A stretch of DNA of 64,000 nt from Thermoplasmata archaeon (GTDB lineage: Archaea > Thermoplasmatota > Thermoplasmata > Thermoplasmatales > GCA-001856825): assembly GCA_021792255.1 (NCBI GenBank), contig JAJYUZ010000003.1:64001-128000 (forward strand), in the 5' to 3' direction. Both the position numbers and the translations under genes were made by a program. Positions 39,519 to 48,567 of this stretch are shown here, piece after piece; the first letter of the stretch is position 1, and each line of letters starts with the position of its first letter. Under the pieces are notes generated by a model. It did no database searches. It was not told where the DNA came from and was given only the letters and a program-made list of their open reading frames with translations.

Positions 39519-39818
39519 ATGTTGGAACAGGCGTACTTCCAGATGTACGAGACAGAGATGATCGGAGGAGAGATCAAGAGAGCCGTTCACTTCCTGGAGA
39601 GAGCCTCAAAAGGCAAGGGTTTCTATTCTCAGGTCTCGCAAGTATTCCTCGATGCGCTGAAGAACCACACCGAACCGGAGGAAGTCAAGCAGAAGGTTAT
39701 GGACATCCAAGGCGATGAGGAAGAGAAACTCGCGATATACCTTAGATTCCTCTATTCGGTCAACAGGTACGACGTATCGTATCCAAAGTACGATTCAAAG
39801 AGGTGCGACGACAGATGA
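39519..39818 (+). CDS. Hypothetical protein (99 aa), translationally coupled to nuoN
   Basis: ATG directly follows the nuoN stop, GGAGG SD. No recognised motif. Confidence 0.75.
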   Translation: MLEQAYFQMYETEMIGGEIKRAVHFLERASKGKGFYSQVSQVFLDALKNHTEPEEVKQKVMDIQGDEEEKLAIYLRFLYSVNRYDVSYPKYDSKRCDDR

Positions 39819-40024
39819 CTGAGGATTTCGAGCTGCTGCGCAAACTCAAGTTGGAAGGACAGGAGATCGTATTCTCTCAGGAGAAGAAAAGGATGATACT
39901 GCTGAGCGAATTGTGGGACAGCTCCAAGACCAAGATCATGGAAGAACTCTCCCAGAAATATGGCATAGAGAGCAGAGAGAAATTTCAGGAATTCAAGGAA
40001 AAGTACAACCTTACTGACTACTGA
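39815..40024 (+). CDS. Hypothetical charged helical protein (69 aa)
   Basis: ATGA overlap with the previous ORF, GAGGTG SD. Confidence 0.7.
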   Translation: MTEDFELLRKLKLEGQEIVFSQEKKRMILLSELWDSSKTKIMEELSQKYGIESREKFQEFKEKYNLTDY

Positions 40025-40217
40025 ACGACTCGAGTGTCCTGCGAGTCTCATTGTATGGAATCTTCTTGTTGCCGGAGTGCATGTTTCCTTCCATCCAGGA
40101 ATCAAGATCCTCCTCGTTTCGAAGTCTAATCCTCTTTATTTCCCACAAGCAGTCATGACAATACAATCCAGAGACGACCACGCTACCGCATATTAAACAG
40201 TGGGAAGAAACCATCAT
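40011..40217 (-). CDS. Small hypothetical zinc-binding protein
   Basis: CLICG and CHDC pairs near the N-terminus. Confidence 0.55.
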   Translation of the reverse strand: MMVSSHCLICGSVVVSGLYCHDCLWEIKRIRLRNEEDLDSWMEGNMHSGNKKIPYNETRRTLESFSSQ

Positions 40218-40322
40218 GAGAAAAGGATGGACCGTTAATAAATTTTGTCTATCTCCTTTGAAGGAATGTCAAAAAAAATCATGCGTTAGCATTAATTTGA
40301 GAACGTAAAATGGACGCTCGAC

Positions 40323-40874
40323 TCAATCGCCCCATCTCTTTATCAGTTTATTTTCTACACCGATTATATCGAACACCCTTGAAGTCACGAAGCTCAACAG
40401 ATCCTCCAGCTTAGCCGGTCCGTGATAGAATCCTGGACTGGCAGGGAGGATGTAAGCACCGGCTTCTGAGAGGGTGAGGAGATTTCTCAGGTGTATCGTA
40501 CTTAGTGGCATTTCTCTGAACACAATCACCAATTTCCTCCTCTCTTTCAGAGCTATCGATGCCACTCTCGTAACTAGATTGTCTGAAATTCCAGCTGCTA
40601 TTTTGCCGATGGTGTTCATAGAAGCGGGAGCTATGATGAGCGCATCGTACTTGTGAGAACCTGATGCCACTGGTGACCCAAAATCGTCTTCGTCGTACGA
40701 TTCGTCTGCGTAACTCTTCAGGGTCTTTTCGTTAACTCTTCCTTTCAGTTCATATCTTGCAACTTCTAGCGCACCATTTGATATTATCAGGACCTTCTTA
40801 GAAGGAAGCTTCTTTAAAATATCCACTCCGTATGCTAAGCCAGATGCGCCCGTTATGGCCAAGACGTATTCCAT
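40323..40874 (-). CDS. ubiX: Flavin prenyltransferase UbiX
   Basis: 'AITGASG', 'ASGS', 'LKERRKL', 'REMP', 'PGFYH'. Confidence 0.94.
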   Translation of the reverse strand: MEYVLAITGASGLAYGVDILKKLPSKKVLIISNGALEVARYELKGRVNEKTLKSYADESYDEDDFGSPVASGSHKYDALIIAPASMNTIGKIAAGISDNLVTRVASIALKERRKLVIVFREMPLSTIHLRNLLTLSEAGAYILPASPGFYHGPAKLEDLLSFVTSRVFDIIGVENKLIKRWGD

Positions 40875-40893
40875 GGTCGACTATCAACAAAGC

Positions 40894-41793
40894 CTATAGA
40901 TATTTTCTCAAGTCTTCTTCGTCGAAATACGCCGCTATTATTTTCTTGATGTAGTTGATTTTTTCGAATTCTGAGAGCGCCTGAATCGCATCTCTGACAT
41001 GTTGTAACATCATCTGAATAGATCTTTCGATTGCGTTCTTCTTGCTTTCCCCTTCATTTTCGAGAATCGACACTATGTTTGGCCTATTGAAAGCCTTGTC
41101 ATCGTTTCCCGGCCTCCTGCCGAGTTCGAAAGAGCCTATCGAGTTGATTACATCGTCCCTGACCTGGAATGCGATGCCTAGCGACTCCCCCGCCCTGGAA
41201 AGCCCACCGATTACACCTTCGCCCATTTTTTCGCTGACCGCTGCGATGCTTATGGAAGCGGAAATTAGAGATGCCGTTTTCTTCTTTGCGATCTCCATGT
41301 AATTTTCGTGCGTCATATTGATGCTCTTCCTCTGAGTGCAGAAGTCCATGGATTCCCCGTCGCACATGAGAAAAGCGGCTTCGGCTATCCTCTTGACTAC
41401 ATTCTCCCCATATGGAGCGGAAAGAGCAACTGCCCTCGAGATCAGAGCGTCGCCTGCAAGTATCGCATTTTCAATCCCATATCTCTTATGAACTGTTTCT
41501 ATTCCGCGTCTTGTGTCATCCTTGTCAATTATGTCATCATGGACCAGTGATGAGATATGGAGGTACTCAATCGCTATTGCTAGATTGACAAATTTCATAG
41601 AATTAAGTCCGACAGACTCGGCACCGACAAAAACCAACGTAGGTCTAAGTAGCTTCCCATTCACATTCAATAGGTGAAAGGTCGACTTTTCAAGGTTTTT
41701 GCTGGAAAAACTCCAGTAAAACTTTCCGCTTAGGTCATTCTTAACCTCTTGAAGTGCAACCATGGAATTTTCGCTTATGTGAAGCATATTCAT
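40894..41793 (-). CDS. Polyprenyl diphosphate synthase (probably long-chain)
   Basis: 'GKLLRP', FARM 'SLVHDDIID...RRG', 'KKTA', second motif 'FQVRDDVIN'. Confidence 0.88.
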   Translation of the reverse strand: MNMLHISENSMVALQEVKNDLSGKFYWSFSSKNLEKSTFHLLNVNGKLLRPTLVFVGAESVGLNSMKFVNLAIAIEYLHISSLVHDDIIDKDDTRRGIETVHKRYGIENAILAGDALISRAVALSAPYGENVVKRIAEAAFLMCDGESMDFCTQRKSINMTHENYMEIAKKKTASLISASISIAAVSEKMGEGVIGGLSRAGESLGIAFQVRDDVINSIGSFELGRRPGNDDKAFNRPNIVSILENEGESKKNAIERSIQMMLQHVRDAIQALSEFEKINYIKKIIAAYFDEEDLRKYL

Positions 41794-41839
41794 GGACACC
41801 CCAATATCACAATAAAATAGTTAAATATTGTCTGATTAG

Positions 41840-42649
41840 GTGCCTGAAACAATAATGGCTATAGAAGTCAAGAAATTAGAAGGATGGTTCGAAAAGCAGA
41901 AGCTGATGAAAATCCTGAAAAACGACTATGATAACTTCTATATGCTATTTGACCTGGACAATTTCAATTTCCTACTGGGAAACAGCTCCTTTCTCTATTC
42001 AAAGGTGAATAATGAGATCACAGGCGTTCTTCTAAACTACTACCATTCGTCTGGCTTCAAGGACATTTGGCTCTATGGGGACATTGAGTCGACCTCGAGC
42101 CTGCTCGGCTACGTGGATAAGAGTTCATCTGTCATCCACGTAAGGTTTAACGACAACCTCAAAATCTTTGACGGCTCGCCGAAGGTTTACAGAGAATACT
42201 GTATGGTGAACGAGAGACCTGCTGGTAATCGTGACGAAAACGTAAAGCTTCTCACACAGGACAAGTATGTCCAGTACTCAAAGCTGATTTCTCAATGGTC
42301 AAATACTCGTTTCAAGACGATGGAACAAGACGAGTATCGCAATCTCTTGAATTATAGCACAATCTATGGCTATTTTATAGACGGCGATCTGGTAAGTGTC
42401 GCCACTCTGGGAGCGGTATGGAAGGACTGGTTTGTCGTATCCTCTGTTTTCACTGATCCCAGCTGCAGAAACAAGGGATATGTCCAAAAATTAATCTCAT
42501 CGATGCTTGAGCATTACAGCAATCTGGACAAGGCAATTCTTTTCGTCAATAAGGAAAATGCACCTGCAGTCAAGGCTTATACGAACCTTGGTTTTCGTAT
42601 ATATTCGGAGGATCTGTGGGTCGATTATGCAACGGGACTCGTTCCTTGA
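41840..42649 (+). CDS. GNAT family acetyltransferase
   Basis: C-terminal 'VFTDPSCRNKGY', 'NAPAVKAYTNLGF'. Confidence 0.85.
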   Translation: MPETIMAIEVKKLEGWFEKQKLMKILKNDYDNFYMLFDLDNFNFLLGNSSFLYSKVNNEITGVLLNYYHSSGFKDIWLYGDIESTSSLLGYVDKSSSVIHVRFNDNLKIFDGSPKVYREYCMVNERPAGNRDENVKLLTQDKYVQYSKLISQWSNTRFKTMEQDEYRNLLNYSTIYGYFIDGDLVSVATLGAVWKDWFVVSSVFTDPSCRNKGYVQKLISSMLEHYSNLDKAILFVNKENAPAVKAYTNLGFRIYSEDLWVDYATGLVP

Positions 42650-42939
42650 CACTTGATCCTGAACTCGGTTACTGCCCATTGTCGTGCTTGAAGAAATATT
42701 CTACTTTGTGTCTTCCGCTAATGGCTGTACAATTTCTTCCACAGGAGTAGGATCACTGCACCGGGCTTGTGAATAGAAGTATGAAGAGATAGAAGATAGT
42801 TCATCGGTTAGGAACTTCTCCTCGCAAACCGGGCGGACATTCATTATCTTTTCAATCGAAGTTGCGTTGTAAAGTTGTTGTTCTTTTGCAAATTAATGGC
42901 AAGAAGAAAGTCAATATACTCTTAGCCAATTGAAGGCGA

Positions 42940-43024
42940 GCGGAGGTTGCCGAGCCAGGTCAAAGGTGACAGATTTAGGGTCTGTTCCCGCAGGGGTTCG
43001 CCGGTTCGAATCCGGCCCTCCGCA
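42940..43024 (+). tRNA. tRNA-Leu(TAG)
   Basis: GCGGAGG...ACAGA-TT-TAG-GG-TCTGT, long variable arm, GGTTCGAATCC, CCTCCGC-A. No encoded CCA. Confidence 0.97.
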
Positions 43025-43428
43025 CTTTTCTGTGTCGTCATTATTATGTAGCTGATCTGCTAGGCCGAAAATTGTGACACTTTCCCCCATGAAAGCAAGG
43101 AGAATCCTGGACTATATACGACAAATCTCGGTGGCTGAAAGCTGTGTACCTCCTTTCATGTTATTATAAGGAGTGGCTAAATGACTGGAAGAGAAGAAGT
43201 CAGAAGTGATAGCAGAAAAAGGCGGGGAAGTAATTGGGAAAGTGGCACAGAAAGGTGTCGGATCGCATCTATCTTTTGTTGGCTTCGTACCTGGTCTTAA
43301 GTTGAATGGCATATCTGGCAATGTTCTGCGTGTTTAGGTGTCCAATAGAAATTTGGATCAACTTTTTGTATGAAAAATAAAACTGCAGTATCATGATTGA
43401 TACAAAGTGTCAATGAGTCAGACTCGAC

Positions 43429-44895
43429 TCACTGACCCTGCCCAAGAGAATAGCCTGGTACCCCATCAAATGTATAAAGACCCTCTGTTTTGATAGGTGG
43501 CAATCCCGAACCGACCAATTTTGAAAGAAGATCAATAAAATCCTCGTGCTTAATGGAAGCCTCACGACCGGATGCCTGAAAACGACATCTCCAGTGATCC
43601 ACGCAGAACGTTTCAGGTAAGCCACCTGGATAGACCTTTGTTCCTCTGTTTGTTATCATGATAAGCTTCAGATTGCCACTGGTAATTTTTTCAAGCTTTT
43701 TTCCAAGTTCGTTTGGGTCTCCATCCCAGTCCAGGAAAACATCCATTCCTACAAGTTCCTTCTTTTCCTTTGGCTTACTTTTCAGTACAACCTTAATCGG
43801 CTCAGATCTGGACGGGTAGTCAACGGGTTTGAGCACTGAAGGTTTCAATCCCAGCCTTTCAATCACTGCATCTCCAAATTCATTGGTGCCGACTTTCTTT
43901 TTTGATGTTTCCTGGTTGTATACGTCATATGTGTGTATTCCATCTTCGATTGTCTTTAGCCACGCATTATGAACTCTTGATGCAACATCCCCCTGGCCGA
44001 TGTGCACAAGCATTTGCACTGCTGCTAGGAGCAGTCCTGATGGGTTCGCAACGTTTTGTCCAGCCCGTCTTGGAGCAGAGCCATGTATTGCCTCGAACAT
44101 TGCTACATTATTGCCTATATTAGCACTGCCTGCCAGTCCTACTGAACCAGCTATCTGCGCAGCAACATCTGACAGAATATCACCATATAGGTTAGGAAGC
44201 ACTATCACATCGAAATCCTCTGGCTTATCCGCCAGTTTTGCTGCCCCAATGTCCACAATCCAGTGTTCGCTCTGAATATCTGGATATTCCTTTGCCACCT
44301 CATCGAAAACTTTGTGGAACAGACCGTCGGTCATCTTCATGATGTTATCCTTGGTGAAGCAGGTGACCTTGTGCCTGCCATATCTCTTGGCATACTCAAA
44401 GCCATATCTTATGAGCCTTTCCGATCCGGGTCTGGAAATAAGCTTCAGGCACTGCACAACATCTCCTGTCTGCCTGTGCTCAATCCCACCATACAGATCT
44501 TCCTCATTTTCCCTCACTATTACTACATCCATTTTCGGATGCTTGGTGCTCACGAAAGGATAATAAGAGGGGCAATGTCTCACATTTGCGTATAATCCAA
44601 GTGTCTTCCGTACGGTGACGTTCAGGCTCTTGTAACCGCCGCCTTCCGGGGTGGTTATGGGTGCCTTCAGGAATACGCGAGTCCTCCTAAGCGACTCCCA
44701 TGCGGATGGTTCTATTCCGGACGAGATACCTCTCTTGTATACCTCCTCGCCCACCTGAATTTCCTCAATCTTTAGCCTGGCCCCGGCAGCAGAAATTATC
44801 TTCAGCGTTGCCTTCATTATTTCTGGGCCAATGCCATCCCCATATGCGACTGTAATTGGAACTCCACTTCCAGAATCTTTTTCCCAGCTCATCAT
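43429..44895 (-). CDS. icd: Isocitrate dehydrogenase, bacterial ~480-aa type with C-terminal extension
   Basis: 'GDGIGPEI', 'KAPITTP.GGGYKSLNV', 'RENEEDLY', 'HGSAP', ends 'GYSLGQGQ'. Confidence 0.92.
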   Translation of the reverse strand: MMSWEKDSGSGVPITVAYGDGIGPEIMKATLKIISAAGARLKIEEIQVGEEVYKRGISSGIEPSAWESLRRTRVFLKAPITTPEGGGYKSLNVTVRKTLGLYANVRHCPSYYPFVSTKHPKMDVVIVRENEEDLYGGIEHRQTGDVVQCLKLISRPGSERLIRYGFEYAKRYGRHKVTCFTKDNIMKMTDGLFHKVFDEVAKEYPDIQSEHWIVDIGAAKLADKPEDFDVIVLPNLYGDILSDVAAQIAGSVGLAGSANIGNNVAMFEAIHGSAPRRAGQNVANPSGLLLAAVQMLVHIGQGDVASRVHNAWLKTIEDGIHTYDVYNQETSKKKVGTNEFGDAVIERLGLKPSVLKPVDYPSRSEPIKVVLKSKPKEKKELVGMDVFLDWDGDPNELGKKLEKITSGNLKLIMITNRGTKVYPGGLPETFCVDHWRCRFQASGREASIKHEDFIDLLSKLVGSGLPPIKTEGLYTFDGVPGYSLGQGQ

Positions 44896-45124
44896 TATAC
44901 CATATCATTCATCTAACTTGAAATTAATTGAACCAAATTCAGAGAACGAAATATCAATTTCTCAGATGATGGATATTCTGAAATTTAATAAATGACCGTT
45001 CTGATAAGGTGTTTCCCACCTATTTGTGCTTCCTGAGTTTTGAATCTTTACCTTCGGGTATCCGTCAACACATAATTGAATGAGACCGGTAACACATATA
45101 AAGGCAATGATGAAGAACGATAGA

Positions 45125-45419
45125 CATTAATGTCGAATAATATGCTTCAAAAATCATGTCCGCGTTTTTGTAGCCTTATTGAAGTCCGGTTCAGCAACGA
45201 TATTTCCTTCAATCTTTTTCTCGTCATTGATCAATCCCTTGCTTTCGAGAAATTTTTAGTAAATCGAATGCCTGACTTTCAGACTTTAAAAGCAAATCTT
45301 TGGTCAAATCATTGAGAAACCTCCCGAATGCCCTTTGATGCCATAGTCGTCGCAAGCTCGGTTCCCATAACTCTAGCACCAATTATCGAGGTCTAATTTA
45401 TTTCATTAGAAGAGACCAT
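45125..45419 (-). pseudogene. Decayed 3-hydroxyacyl-CoA dehydrogenase (N-terminal Rossmann region)
   Basis: Own translation across frameshifts: MVSSNEIN*TSIIGARVMGTELATTMASKGI / FLNDLTKDLL / FLESKGLI...IVAEPDFNKATK / NADMIFEA. One in-frame stop and three frameshifts. Confidence 0.65.
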
Positions 45420-45476
45420 TATTTCACAATTTTTTATGTTTGTTCGTTATTAAACCTTTTCTTGGTCGATCGGAAC

Positions 45477-45695
45477 TCATAGGATCTCTAAAATCTCTCG
45501 AAGGTCATCAACAGTGTACGTAGGATCAACGTTAGTCGGCAAAGGTTCTTTGTATCTGTTTACCCAGATTGTTTTCAGACCCATTTCCGATGCGGGAATA
45601 ATGTCGTGGTAAATGCTCCCCGCAATGTGGATTACCGCTTTCGTGCTCAGACCATAAGTTCTTAACATCTCAAGCCAGTGTGCCTTTTGAGGTTT
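45477..45695 (-). pseudogene. HAD-family (haloacid dehalogenase type II-like) gene, C-terminal part after IS insertion
   Basis: KPQKAHW...HIAGSIYHDIIPA...GLKTIWVNR. Joins in frame with 46990-47424. Confidence 0.9.
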
Positions 45696-46989
45696 CTGAC
45701 ATCCTCTCCATCCTGAAGGGTTGGAGGTTCCTGATTCATAGAGTGGCAACTCGTAGACCTCCTTTTGAGAGTTCCGCCGCCGTAGCACTTTCCACAGGCG
45801 TGAATTCGGGAATGCCCTTCCCTACTTTTATCAGTCCGATATTACGGATGTTTATTGCTGCATTCAGGTCCCTGTCGATGACAAGACCGCATGTATTGCA
45901 GTGATACGTTCTATCTGAAAGCTTCAGGTCATGTTTTATACTTCCGCACCTTGAACACATCTTCGATGACGGATCGAATCTCCCTATCTCTATCAGTTCC
46001 CCGTTTCTCCACTGCAATTTGTATTTCAGCATTGTCCTGAACTGATACCATCCCTGGTCCGTTATGCTCTTTGCGATGTGGTAATTTCTCTGCATGCCTT
46101 GAACGTTCAGGTCTTCAATCACAACTGTGCCGTAGTGCTTGGCTATCGCAGTCGATACCTTGTGGTTGAAGTCCGTCCGCATATCCCTGATGTGTTGGTA
46201 TATCCTCTTGACCCTTACGACTTGCTTCATCCTGTTTTCTGAGCCTTTTGTTTTCCTTGACAGTTTCTTCTGTTGTCTCTTCAGACTTTTCTCTTTCTTT
46301 CTGAGTGCATTCAGTGGTTCTACCTGCAACCCATCTGATGCCGTGATGAATGCCTTTACGCCCATGTCTATTCCTATTGTACCCTTCCCTCTTTCCGGAT
46401 TTTCTTTTGTTTCAAACTGTACTGATGCATAGTATCGGTCAACGTCCTTTGTCACAACAATCTGCTTGATCTTATCTGGAATCACGGATTCATCTCTGTA
46501 TTCAATACCTTCCATAAATTTTGGAATAACGAGCTTGCTTCCTTTATCTTTAAAACCAGACGGCACAATGAAATATTGATTGCCCTTCTTTGACCTGAAG
46601 TTGGGATAATCCGTATTCTTCCTGAAGAACGACTTGAATGCCTTGTCTAGTTCCACCAGAGAGTGCTGGAGGCTCTGTGAATTTATTTCGTTTAGCCATG
46701 TCGTCTTTTTCTTCAACTGTGTGAGCATCTTCATGGTGTCGAATGCATTCAGTCCCTTCTTCTTGTCACTTTTGTGTTCGGCATAATACTTGTTCCTGAT
46801 ATCAAGGAAATGGTTGTACACGAATCTACACGACCCTAAGTGCTTCTCAAGAAGAATTTTCTGTTGATTATTTGGATACAACCGCACTTTAAGGGTCTTT
46901 ATCACAATTTACACAATCCCTTCGTTTTGAATAAAGCTTTCACATTCATCCACCTCGCAAGCTCAGTGGCTTTCTCGCTCAAACATTTC
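45696..46989 (-). mobile_element. IS200/IS605-family element, tnpB only (IS1341-like), 1294 bp
   Basis: Inserted 3' of TTAT with no target duplication. Left-end hairpin CCAC...GTGG, right-end hairpin CTCCA...TGGAG ending GATGTCAG. Removal restores the HAD frame. Confidence 0.9.
45736..46905 (-). CDS. tnpB: RNA-guided endonuclease TnpB
   Basis: N-terminal 'KVRLYP', RuvC-I GIDMG, RuvC-II IEDL, zinc finger CSRCG/CNTCG, RuvC-III DRDLNAA. Confidence 0.96.
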   Translation of the reverse strand: MIKTLKVRLYPNNQQKILLEKHLGSCRFVYNHFLDIRNKYYAEHKSDKKKGLNAFDTMKMLTQLKKKTTWLNEINSQSLQHSLVELDKAFKSFFRKNTDYPNFRSKKGNQYFIVPSGFKDKGSKLVIPKFMEGIEYRDESVIPDKIKQIVVTKDVDRYYASVQFETKENPERGKGTIGIDMGVKAFITASDGLQVEPLNALRKKEKSLKRQQKKLSRKTKGSENRMKQVVRVKRIYQHIRDMRTDFNHKVSTAIAKHYGTVVIEDLNVQGMQRNYHIAKSITDQGWYQFRTMLKYKLQWRNGELIEIGRFDPSSKMCSRCGSIKHDLKLSDRTYHCNTCGLVIDRDLNAAINIRNIGLIKVGKGIPEFTPVESATAAELSKGGLRVATL

Positions 46990-47424
46990 ATAAGACCTTA
47001 CTTCCTCTGCAGTAATGGATCCGTCCACCTCAAGTTCGCTGTTTTCAATGGTTCTTTTGAGAAGAATTCTGTCAATATTTGAAAGAATTATAATTTGATA
47101 TCCTTTCTTCCCCAGCGATTTTAGCGTCAGCGAAGTGTCCTCAAAAGCTGGCCAAAGCGTTATACTATCTGCAAATCCATCAGCATCTTGTTTGGATGGG
47201 TCAAGACTGAGCTGATGCGCCATTTCCAAAAAAGTCGTCGCGAGTATTTGCCTGTAAGAGGAGTAGTTGTTCTCGAGTCTTGATTCGATCGCCACGTAGT
47301 TCTTGAATATGTCATATTTTCCTTGATCCCCAAACTTCGCAAAATTCTTGAAGTTATCCTCTATCCCTTTTTTCCAGTCTATCAAAGTTCCGTAACAATC
47401 GAAGGTCAGATATCTCAAGGTCAT
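46990..47424 (-). pseudogene. HAD-family gene, N-terminal part interrupted by the IS
   Basis: 'FDCYGTLIDW', 'LSNID', 'ITAEEVRSY|'. Confidence 0.9.
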
Positions 47425-47546
47425 TTCTTGGATTAGGATAATTGTACTCTATTTAAGAATCAATAGTTGGCAGATTGTGCTTTTTAAATTGAGTTGGTTT
47501 TTTTGCTGAAGATATGCTTAAATAAAACAATGCATCCATCTATTGA

Positions 47547-48554
47547 ATGGCAAGTGATCAGAGTAATTTCAAGGATCTGCTTTCGAAGAAGCCCCTCATA
47601 TTTACCGTCATTCCTCTGAGAGACAACAAGACGGGAGACGCAGTACGCGACGCTAAAATACTCAAGAATCTCGATAGCAGAAAGGAGGAGCTTGGAATAG
47701 CCCTCAGTTCTTTTTCCAGACTTAATGCTATTAGTGTTCCGGAACTCGTCGAAGAAAATCACGAGGGAAGACCGCGTTACAACAGCATATACACCAGAGC
47801 GCTTGCGAGAGGAACGGCTGACATTCTTCACATTGATGCTCTCGTCAACAAAGTCGTAGCACACATTGAAGACTATGAAAAATTTGTTGAGTGGATTAAA
47901 GAGACTCATTCCCTTGGGATCAGTAATTTAATTTTCGTAGGTGGAAATACCAGACATCACAGGTACCCTGGTCCAAGCGTTTCAGAAGCAAATGTCATCG
48001 GAAGAAGGCTGTGGAAGGAATTTCATCAGGAAGAGATTACGATCGGAAACATATCTCTCCCAGAGCGCAGAGACGAGGCGAAGAGGATGCTTTTCAAGAC
48101 TCTGGCAGGGGCAGAATTCTTTACAACTCAGCTCCTCTTTGACAGTGCACAGGAAGTCAACATCTTGACGGAATACTACAGACAATGCACGGTTGCAGGA
48201 GTCAAACCAGCGACGGTTCTTTTCAGCTTTGGCCCAGTCAGAAGCATCGCAGATCTTAACTTGCTTGATTTTCTCGCGGTGGAATTACCTGACAGGGCAA
48301 AGGACTACATCTTGGAAAATAATGATCTTTCCGAAGCGTCAAAACGTTCGACCTTTAATTCACTCAGGGTGTACAGTGAAATCCTATCTGCTATTGAAGA
48401 TCGGGGAATAAAGGTACCAATCGGAGTCAATGTCGAGCAATTGACAAAATCAAATCTCCAGTCGTCGCTTACGATGCTAGAAAATTTCGAAAAGGTAATT
48501 GACCTTTCTGGAGCAGAAGTGCTAGAACATCTAGAGAGAACGAGGGGCAACTAG
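47547..48554 (+). CDS. Methylenetetrahydrofolate reductase-like protein, mycobacterial (flavin-independent Mfr)-type fold
   Basis: 'LIFVGG', 'PERRDEAKRMLFKTLAGAEFFTTQLLFD', 'VLFSFGPV', 'PIGVNVE' parallel the Rv2172c-type MTHFR motifs as recalled. Confidence 0.65.
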   Translation: MASDQSNFKDLLSKKPLIFTVIPLRDNKTGDAVRDAKILKNLDSRKEELGIALSSFSRLNAISVPELVEENHEGRPRYNSIYTRALARGTADILHIDALVNKVVAHIEDYEKFVEWIKETHSLGISNLIFVGGNTRHHRYPGPSVSEANVIGRRLWKEFHQEEITIGNISLPERRDEAKRMLFKTLAGAEFFTTQLLFDSAQEVNILTEYYRQCTVAGVKPATVLFSFGPVRSIADLNLLDFLAVELPDRAKDYILENNDLSEASKRSTFNSLRVYSEILSAIEDRGIKVPIGVNVEQLTKSNLQSSLTMLENFEKVIDLSGAEVLEHLERTRGN

Positions 48555-48567
48555 GTTCTTCTGTTTA

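Noticed and set aside
45692-46989. GAAA at both IS junctions as a target-site duplication
   Set aside because: Keeping one GAAA copy leaves the HAD gene out of frame, and IS200/IS605 elements do not make duplications.
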